Source of the DNA: Nitrosopumilus sp.
GTDB taxonomy: Bacteria; Desulfobacterota; Binatia; UBA1149; SPBQ01
Direction: 5' to 3'
Assembly: GCA_964225545.1 (NCBI GenBank)
Contig: CAXQPB010000198.1
Span: forward strand, 39,452-103,451
DNA length: 64,000 nucleotides
This document shows, piece by piece, positions 57,912 to 64,000 of the stretch. Both the position numbers and the translations under genes were made by a program. Each line of letters starts with the position of its first letter. The first letter of the stretch is position 1. Under the pieces are notes generated by a model that was given only the letters and a program-made list of their open reading frames with translations, ran no database searches and was not told where the DNA came from.

Positions 57912-59522
57912 GTGGCAGCACACGAACAAAGGACAATCCCGGGCCTGATTGGCGCAGCGGCGGCGGACTTCGGAGATGCGACCGCCATCGAGGAAGGCGA
58001 GCTGAAGATCGGCTTCCGCGATCTTGCGGAAGCGGGAGTCGCAGCCACGCGCGCGTTCATGGCGGCCGGTGTCGAACCCGGCGACCGGGTGGCGATCTGG
58101 GCTCCGAACTTTCACGAGTGGATCGTCGCTGCGATCGGTTTGCAGTCGGCCGGAGCGGCGCTGGTCCCGCTCAACACCCGGCTCAAGGGTGCGGAGGCCG
58201 GTTACATTCTCGAAAAGAGCGGCGCGCGCCTGCTGTGCACGGTAGACGCGTTCCTCGATACCGATTACGTCGGCATGCTCCAGTCCGCCTGCGGTACGGC
58301 ATCGGATTCCAGGCCGGTCGCGGGGCTGCCCGCGCTCGAGCAGATCATCTGTCTGCGTGGCGAGCGCGTGGACTGCCGGAGCTGGGACGATTTCCTCGGT
58401 GCCGGCGGATCGGTCAGCGCCGAGGCTGCGGCTGAGCGCGCCGCTGCCGTCTCTCCCGATGATCTCTCCGATATCCTGTTCACCTCCGGCACGACGGGGC
58501 AGCCCAAGGGCGTGATGACCGCGCACGGCCAGAACCTCGAGGCGTTCGCGGCCTGGTCCGACGTCGTCGGTCTGCGCGAGGGCGATCGCTACCTCGTGGT
58601 GAACCCGTTCTTCCACGCGTTCGGTTACAAGGCCGGCTGGCTGTCGGCGCTGATGCGCGGAGCCACGATCCTGCCCCAGCCGGTGTTCGATGTCGGCGTT
58701 GTTCTCGAGCGGATCGCGTCGGAGTCGATCAGTGTCCTGCCGGGTCCACCCGCACTCTACCAGTCGATCCTCGCCACTCCCGGGTTCGATTCGGCCGACC
58801 TTTCGAGCCTGCGTCTGGCGGTCACGGGCGCAGCGGTGATTCCCGTCGAGCTTATTCACAAGATGCGCGATGTGCTCGGCTTCGAGACCGTCATCACCGG
58901 ATACGGGCTGACCGAGGCCTGCGGCATCGCGACGATGTGCCGTTACGACGACGACCCCGAGACCATCGCGACGACTTCAGGACGGGCGATCCCGGGAGCC
59001 GAGGTCCGCTGCGTTGACGATTCCGGTGCGGAGGTCGCGCGCGGAGAGGCCGGTGAGGTGGTCGTGCGCGGCTACAACGTCATGCGCGGATACCTTGATG
59101 ACGACGCGGCCACGCGCGAGACGATCGACGCCGACGGCTGGCTGCACACCGGCGACGTCGGTGTCATGGACGAGCGCGGATACATCCGCATCACCGACCG
59201 CATCAAGGACATGTTCATCATGGGCGGCTTCAACTGCTACCCGGCAGAGATCGAGCTGATCCTGTGCGGGCACGAAGAGATCGCCGCGGCTGCGGTGATC
59301 GGTGTGCCCGATGAGCGGATGGGGGAGGTCGGTATGGCGTTTATCGTTGCCGCGCCCGGCGCCTCGCCGACCCCGGAGAGCGTGATCGCGTGGTGCCGGG
59401 AGAACATGGCCAACTACAAAGTTCCGCGCCACGTCGCGCTGATCGACGAGCTGCCGCTCAACGCCATGAACAAGGTGCAGAAGTTCGTGCTGCGCGAGCG
59501 CGCGAGGGAGATTCTCGGCTGA
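57912..59522 (+). CDS. AMP-dependent acyl-CoA synthetase/ligase (FadD-like)
   Basis: GTG start. 536 aa. LFTSGTTGQPKGV AMP-binding motif. Confidence 0.8.
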   Translation: MAAHEQRTIPGLIGAAAADFGDATAIEEGELKIGFRDLAEAGVAATRAFMAAGVEPGDRVAIWAPNFHEWIVAAIGLQSAGAALVPLNTRLKGAEAGYILEKSGARLLCTVDAFLDTDYVGMLQSACGTASDSRPVAGLPALEQIICLRGERVDCRSWDDFLGAGGSVSAEAAAERAAAVSPDDLSDILFTSGTTGQPKGVMTAHGQNLEAFAAWSDVVGLREGDRYLVVNPFFHAFGYKAGWLSALMRGATILPQPVFDVGVVLERIASESISVLPGPPALYQSILATPGFDSADLSSLRLAVTGAAVIPVELIHKMRDVLGFETVITGYGLTEACGIATMCRYDDDPETIATTSGRAIPGAEVRCVDDSGAEVARGEAGEVVVRGYNVMRGYLDDDAATRETIDADGWLHTGDVGVMDERGYIRITDRIKDMFIMGGFNCYPAEIELILCGHEEIAAAAVIGVPDERMGEVGMAFIVAAPGASPTPESVIAWCRENMANYKVPRHVALIDELPLNAMNKVQKFVLRERAREILG

Positions 59523-59523
59523 C

Positions 59524-60543
59524 ATGGCGAAGCAACTGAAACTCGGTTTGCAGCTCGGCTACTGGGGGGCGCTGGCGCCGGCCAATCACGTCGAGCTCGC
59601 GCAGGAGGCCGAGCGACTCGGCTACGACTCGGTATGGACGGGAGAGGCCTGGGGCTCGGACGCGTTCTCGCCGCTGGTCTGGATCGGCGCGCAGACCTCT
59701 CGCATCAAACTGTGTACGGGCATCGCGCAGATCTCGGCGCGGACACCGGCGTGCATGGCACAACACGCCGTGACGCTCGACCATCTGTCGGGCGGCCGCC
59801 TCGTCCTCGGGATCGGTGTGTCCGGACCTCAGGTCGTCGAGGGCTGGCACGGGCGTCCGTTCTCGAAACCGCTGGCGCGTACCCGCGAGTACGTCGATAT
59901 CCTGCGCCAGGTCCTCGCCCGCGAGGCCCCGGTCCAGCTCGACGGTGAGCATTACCCGCTGCCGTATCGCGGTGAGGGAGCATGGGGAATGGGCAAACCG
60001 CTCAAGTGCATCACCCATCCGCTGCGCAAGGACGTCCCGATTCTGCTCGGCGCCGAGGGGCCGAAGAACGTCGCGCTCGCGGCCGAGATCTGCGACGGCT
60101 GGCTGCCGCTTTACTACTCGCCGTTTCGCAACGAGGTCTACGCGGACTCCCTGCGTGGAGCGAAGCCCGACTTCGAGATCGCGCAGACTGTGGTCGTGTC
60201 GATCACCGACGATGTGGAGCGCGGGCTCGAGCCGGTGAAGATGATGCTCGCGTTTTATATCGGCGGGATGGGATCGAAGAAGCGCAACTTCCACAAGGAG
60301 CTGATGGCGCGAATGGGCTTCGAGGCAGAGGCCGACCGGATCCAGGAGCTGTTCTTCGAGGGCAAACGCGAAGAGGCGTTCGCCGTCGTGCCCGATCAGT
60401 TCGCCGACGAGATTTCACTGGTGGGCCCGAAGGAACGAATCCGCGAGAGACTCGAAGCGTGGCGTGAGACTCCGGTTACGACGCTGATCATCGGCCAGCT
60501 CGACCTCGAGACGCTGCGTACGATGGCCGAGCTGATCGATTGA
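59524..60543 (+). CDS. LLM-class (probably F420-dependent) oxidoreductase
   Basis: 339 aa. LGLQLGYWG...GYDSVWTGEAWGSDAFSPLVW..., typical LLM TIM-barrel N-terminus. Starts 2 nt after the FadD stop. Confidence 0.75.
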   Translation: MAKQLKLGLQLGYWGALAPANHVELAQEAERLGYDSVWTGEAWGSDAFSPLVWIGAQTSRIKLCTGIAQISARTPACMAQHAVTLDHLSGGRLVLGIGVSGPQVVEGWHGRPFSKPLARTREYVDILRQVLAREAPVQLDGEHYPLPYRGEGAWGMGKPLKCITHPLRKDVPILLGAEGPKNVALAAEICDGWLPLYYSPFRNEVYADSLRGAKPDFEIAQTVVVSITDDVERGLEPVKMMLAFYIGGMGSKKRNFHKELMARMGFEAEADRIQELFFEGKREEAFAVVPDQFADEISLVGPKERIRERLEAWRETPVTTLIIGQLDLETLRTMAELID

Positions 60544-60635
60544 GTCTTGGCGGCCGCTTGGCATCAAAGCAGGCCGCTGTAGTCTCGACAGCAGCAGGCG
60601 CGTCCCGCCTGCGCAGTCCAGAGGAGGATAGAACG

Positions 60636-60977
60636 ATGGCAAAGAAAGCTGACTGGTATTACCACCGCAAAGGTTGAACGTCCTGCACTCGAGCGTCCAA
60701 GTTCCTGGACGCCAACGGCATCGAACCGAAAGAGACCGTTTCCGCGTCGGCAAAGCTCGGCAAGAAGGAAGCGGCGGAGATGGCGAAGGCCGCGACCCGC
60801 GTGATCGTGGCCAAGGGCAAGAAAGTCGATGACTTCAAGCCCGGCGGCAAAGCGCCGGCCGAGGTCGTGACGGCGATGCTCGGACCGCCAGGCAATCTTC
60901 GGGCTCCGACCCTGCGCGTCGGCAAGACCGTGCTCGTCGGTTTCAACGACGAGGCCTACTCGATGGTATTCGGCTGA
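60636..60977 (+). CDS. Spx/ArsC-family (arsenate-reductase-like thioredoxin fold) protein with in-frame TGA at codon 14; putative selenoprotein with U-x-x-C redox motif
   Basis: Strong RBS GAGGAGGA 8 nt before ATG 60636. Translation MAKKADWYYHRKG-[TGA 60675..60677]-TSCTRASKFLDANGIEP...LVGFNDEAYSMVFG. The TGA aligns with the first Cys of the Spx/ArsC C-T-S-C-R-K-A motif. Downstream 65-aa ORF 60780..60977 is the in-frame C-terminal part. Confidence 0.6.
60693..60712 (+). promoter_or_regulatory. Candidate bacterial SECIS-like hairpin downstream of the in-frame UGA
   Basis: GCGUCC-AAGUUCCU-GGACGC hairpin starting 16 nt 3' of the UGA. Loop contains GUU. Confidence 0.3.
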
Positions 60978-60996
60978 GCGCCATGAAGTTCTGACA

Positions 60997-61032
60997 GCGG
61001 CTGCGCAGGCCGGCTCCGGCCTGCGCAGCCGC
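60997..61032 (+). terminator. Strong GC hairpin (17-bp perfect stem, 2-nt loop) after the Spx-like gene; no U-tract
   Basis: gcggctgcgcaggccgg-ct-ccggcctgcgcagccgc, starting 20 nt after the stop. Confidence 0.35.
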
Positions 61033-61190
61033 GCCGGGCTCGGCGCCCGAGGCGTCGCACGGCGTCGATACCGCGCCCTCTCGCTGCACGCGGTTACGCA
61101 CAGACGTCGCCGCAGTCACTACGCGCCGGACCCCCACGCTGGACAATTTTGAGCCGGTGTTCCTCGCCGCGCGTTGCCGCGCAGAAAAAC

Positions 61191-61209
61191 AAAAACGTTT
61201 TTGATCAAA
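61191..61209 (+). promoter_or_regulatory. AT-rich island with two overlapping perfect palindromes (AAAAACGTTTTT and TTTGATCAAA) upstream of the collagen-like gene
   Basis: Seen directly. Located about 45 nt upstream of the GAGGAGG RBS in an otherwise ~68% GC region. Confidence 0.3.
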
Positions 61210-61253
61210 GGTTTTCCGTTCTCGCTCGTCTGTTTGAAGAAGAGGAGGCGGAG

Positions 61254-61757
61254 TTGAGAGGGTCGGCAGTTGTCGCGGCGCTCGCACTTGTTCTCGCGAG
61301 TTCCGCTCTATTCCTGCTCGCACGCAGGCATTTCGTATTCCAGGGACCGCCGGGACCGGCAGGTCAGACCGGACCTCCGGGAGTCGCAGGCCCCGCAGGC
61401 CCCGCAGGCCCCGCGGGTCCGGCAGGGCCTCCGGGACCTCCGGGACCTCCGGGACCTCCGGGACTTGCGGCAGTTTCGGAGCATGCCGCTGATCCGATGG
61501 CCGGCGCGCCCACTGCGGCGTCGTCGGCACAGGGTGGTTCAGCGCGATTTTCCACATGCGTCCGCCGAGAGCGCGAACAGACCGAGGCTTCCGGCGATGG
61601 TCTGATCGTCGTACCCTGTCACGACGGGGAGACGGCGGTCTCGGCCGGCAGCACCGCCGAGGCGTACCAGATGTTTCCCAGCGCGGACTTGAGTTCGTGG
61701 TCTTTCCGGCTGGCAGACTGCTGCGCGAACGTGATGTACGTCGTCTGCTGCGGCTGA
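61254..61757 (+). CDS. Membrane-anchored collagen-like (Gly-X-Y) repeat protein with Cys-rich C-terminus ending CCG
   Basis: Putative TTG start with GAGGAGG RBS. N-terminal TM/signal anchor ([19 protein letters not shown]). 14 uninterrupted G-X-Y triplets ([42 protein letters not shown]) at 61344..61469. C-terminus ...[13 protein letters not shown]. Confidence 0.55.
   Translation: MRGSAVVAALALVLASSALFLLARRHFVFQGPPGPAGQTGPPGVAGPAGPAGPAGPAGPPGPPGPPGPPGLAAVSEHAADPMAGAPTAASSAQGGSARFSTCVRREREQTEASGDGLIVVPCHDGETAVSAGSTAEAYQMFPSADLSSWSFRLADCCANVMYVVCCG
61344..61469 (+). repeat. Collagen-like triplet repeat region with 9-nt tandem repeats (gcaggcccc x3, cctccggga x4)
   Basis: Direct reading of the sequence. 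Confidence 0.8.
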
Positions 61758-61807
61758 GCGGCGAGGTCGGGATGCGGTCAGGTTGAGGTTGAGGAGGCGG
61801 CCAGGCG

Positions 61808-63259
61808 ATGAATCAGAACATCGAGCCCGCAGGCGGGCTGTCGGAAGCTGATACCACCGGAGTTCCCACGTGGCCGGCGCCGGGAGTCCGTGAGCGCGTC
61901 GAGCGGCCGCTGGCCGAGCCCCGCGCGGCCGGAGCGAGCGGGGAAGGGGACGACGCCGCGGACGGCGAGGCTGTTCTGCGCGAGGCAAGGAGCCGACATC
62001 GCCGGGCGGCAGCGTTGAAGCAGGCCGCCGAACGACTGGCAGCACGGGAACCCACCGACTCGTTCGCGATCGACCCCGATGCGACCGCATCTGCAGCCGC
62101 CGGAGTCGAGTCCGTGGCCGCGGAAGCGACACTGCCCAACGCGACGACCATCGGCCTGCCGCACGAGCTCAAGTCGTTCGCGCTGTGGCTCGGGCGGCTG
62201 AGTTCTTTTCTGTTGCGGTCGGCTTTCGAGGGGGGACGCTTCGCCGCCGGTACGCTCTCGACCTACGTCATTCATCACCCGGTCCACTTCGTACTCAACG
62301 TGTTCCTGACGGTCGCGATGCTGGTTCTGCTCGCGACCGGTGACGCGCTCAACGAGGAGCTGATTGCGCAGCGACTGGCCGATCGCACCGCCGAGGAGAT
62401 CGCTGCGGTCTCGCGCTTCACGCGCACCTATTCGCTTGCTGATATCGACAGTCGCGGCTCGCGTGAGTTCATGCGCGCGGGCGCGCCGAGCTGGATGCAG
62501 CACGAGTCGATCAAGGCGATCATCGAAGGATCTCGCGAGGCGGGCCTGTCGCTCGAACATCAGGCTGTCCTGCTCGCGACCGCCGAGATCGAGTCAGGCT
62601 TCAATCCGATGGCGCGCGCAGCGACAACGTCGGCGTGCGGTATCTTCCAGTTCGTCAAGGCGACCGGTGCGGCGTTCGGGCTCAACGATTCCGATTGCTT
62701 CGATCCGTGGAAGTCGACCGAGGCCGAGATCGCCCATTACCGCCAGAACTACGAGCGACGCATCGAAGAGCGCGTCGCACACGTCGAAGGTCCCGAACGT
62801 CTGCTGCGCATGTTCGAGTTGAGCTACTACCTCCACCACGACGGGCCGCTGTCGAAAGATCCGTCCGACGAGGTCAAGGCGACCGTGCTCGCCGGTACGC
62901 CGTTCCTTTTCAAGGTCTACGAAGTGCTCGAGGCCGATGAAGAGTACCGTCGCCAGGAACCGACGTTCGTCGACCGCTTCCGTGAGCGCTTCGACAGCGT
63001 CGTCGCGCAGGCGCGCGTGGCGCCGGGCGAGGTGATGGGACCCGTTCTCGCGTGGCTCCGACCCGGCGAGGAGGCGCTTCCTGGTGAAGACGCGCTCGCT
63101 GGTGAAGACGCGCCGCGTCCGGCTGCGGCAGTTGCGGCAGTTGCGACGGATGCGACGGATGCGACGGATGCGACGGATGCCTCCGCTCCGGCCGCCAGCG
63201 ATGTTGCCGGGGAGAAATCGTCGCAATCCGCTCCGCCCGCACCAGCTGCCGGCAAGTAG
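61808..63259 (+). CDS. Membrane protein with lytic transglycosylase (SLT/lysozyme-like) domain and low-complexity repeat tail
   Basis: SLT motif AEIESGFNPMARAATTSACGIFQF (catalytic E-S, then xGxxQ). Two predicted TM helices upstream. N-terminal about 140 aa and C-terminal tail are low complexity. Start uncertain. Confidence 0.55.
   Translation: MNQNIEPAGGLSEADTTGVPTWPAPGVRERVERPLAEPRAAGASGEGDDAADGEAVLREARSRHRRAAALKQAAERLAAREPTDSFAIDPDATASAAAGVESVAAEATLPNATTIGLPHELKSFALWLGRLSSFLLRSAFEGGRFAAGTLSTYVIHHPVHFVLNVFLTVAMLVLLATGDALNEELIAQRLADRTAEEIAAVSRFTRTYSLADIDSRGSREFMRAGAPSWMQHESIKAIIEGSREAGLSLEHQAVLLATAEIESGFNPMARAATTSACGIFQFVKATGAAFGLNDSDCFDPWKSTEAEIAHYRQNYERRIEERVAHVEGPERLLRMFELSYYLHHDGPLSKDPSDEVKATVLAGTPFLFKVYEVLEADEEYRRQEPTFVDRFRERFDSVVAQARVAPGEVMGPVLAWLRPGEEALPGEDALAGEDAPRPAAAVAAVATDATDATDATDASAPAASDVAGEKSSQSAPPAPAAGK
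63125..63178 (+). repeat. Tandem 9-nt repeats (gcggcagtt x2, gcgacggat x4) encoding AAVAAV-ATDATDATDATDA
   Basis: Direct reading. Preceded by an 18-nt x2 repeat (ggtgaagacgcgc...) at 63083..63118. Confidence 0.8.
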
Positions 63260-63278
63260 GCCGCGCCGGCGGGCCGGT

Positions 63279-64000
63279 TCAGCGCGACGCCCGGGCTTCG
63301 TAGGTCACGGTGCGCGCGCCGTCCGCGGGCACCTCGATCTCGAACTCGCTGGTGAAGGCATCGGGTTCGCCGGCCTTCGCCGAAGAACCGAGGATTCGCC
63401 GCTGTCCGGGGAATCGTTCGACGACGGTCACCGTTACCGGTTCGTCCTTGCGATTGCGGATCTTCACCTCGACGCCGAGCTCGATCTCCCGCTTGCTGAC
63501 CTCCAGGTAACTGGTCACGCGGCGCTCGAACGTGACGTCGAAGGCCTCTCCGAGCGTGAGGCGCACGGTCTCGCCGTCGGGCGTATGGTCGATGGAGTCC
63601 TCGCCCGCGAAGATCAGCGACTCATCGGTATCGCTTTTGTAGACGCGGACGACGCCCTTGGGCAGCGGCCGTCCGAGGTTCGATTCGGCGTCATTGGCGA
63701 ACTCGAGCTTCACGTCGACCTTGCGCGGCGTGGTGTCGCGCTGCGATCCGCCGTGCACGTTGACCGCGGTCTCGGCAATATAGCGTTTTTTCACGGCGAC
63801 GCTGTCGGCGTGAAGCAGCTCGATCTGCTTGGTCTGGTTCTGTCCGAGGGTGGTCGGGCGCTCGAGCGCGTAGAGATGGTACTCGAAGAACTCGCGCTCC
63901 TGGAATCCGCGGCGCATCGGTTCCGCCATCGCCATCGATTTCATGACGTCATCCCGGTAGCGCGTGGTCGGTCGAACGAGGTTCACATCGCCGGCCACGA
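63279..64000 (-). CDS. Hypothetical protein, 3' portion only (N-terminus beyond window end); possibly DUF4139-like
   Basis: ORF runs off the window. No confident motif. Weak resemblance to DUF4139-type proteins by composition only. Confidence 0.3.
   Translation of the reverse strand, partial: VAGDVNLVRPTTRYRDDVMKSMAMAEPMRRGFQEREFFEYHLYALERPTTLGQNQTKQIELLHADSVAVKKRYIAETAVNVHGGSQRDTTPRKVDVKLEFANDAESNLGRPLPKGVVRVYKSDTDESLIFAGEDSIDHTPDGETVRLTLGEAFDVTFERRVTSYLEVSKREIELGVEVKIRNRKDEPVTVTVVERFPGQRRILGSSAKAGEPDAFTSEFEIEVPADGARTVTYEARASR

Noticed and set aside
60675-60780. Spx-like locus as a 65-aa ORF starting at ATG 60780 (treating TGA 60675 as a true stop)
   Set aside because: Kept only as an alternative. 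The upstream ATG has the strongest RBS in the region. The 13 residues before the TGA and the TSCTRA after it match the family N-terminus. A 65-aa fragment would lack the redox motif.
1-64000. CRISPR arrays, rRNA, tRNA, prophage, integrase, toxin-antitoxin or defence-system genes
   Set aside because: None recognised. Tandem repeats found are coding (collagen triplets, ATD tail) and the large repeat is the palindrome.

Overview
High-GC (roughly 65-70% by eye) bacterial DNA with Gram-negative-type envelope genes (lipobox lipoprotein, MetA-type outer-membrane beta-barrel, DUF1329). It is possibly from a deltaproteobacterial or myxococcal-like lineage (Myxococcus-type Cys-rich repeat, apparent selenocysteine use), but taxonomy is uncertain. 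The dominant structural feature is that positions 1..34140 form a perfect palindrome about 17070/17071 (x maps to 34141-x). Sixteen genes therefore appear twice in mirror image, and 34141..64000 is unique. The palindromic arm carries lipid/wax-ester-type genes (WS/DGAT acyltransferase, two alpha/beta hydrolases, several SDRs, LLM oxidoreductase, OM channel, DUF1329+DUF1330, MaoC hydratase, enoyl-CoA hydratase, sulfatase-like lipoprotein), a secreted HExxH metalloprotease-like protein and small secreted proteins. The unique part carries a 10-gene minus-strand operon resembling steroid C/D-ring (HIP-type) or alicyclic acyl-CoA catabolism (IpdAB-like CoA-transferase, IpdC-like NMO, enoyl-CoA hydratase, two ACADs, DUF35 + SCP-x thiolase, thiolase). 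Flanking it are thiolase, acyl-CoA synthetase, SDR and LLM genes and an LLM pseudogene. The unique part also holds a Ser/Thr kinase, type II glutamine synthetase, GST-like protein, sterol-desaturase-family protein, GGCT-like protein and TauD-like dioxygenase. Near the 3' end are a putative Spx/ArsC-family selenoprotein (in-frame TGA aligned to the first Cys of CxxC), a collagen-like membrane protein and an SLT-domain protein. No rRNA, tRNA, CRISPR, transposase or integrase was recognised. Many adjacent genes are translationally coupled (ATGA/GTGA/TGATG overlaps), and GTG/TTG starts are frequent.
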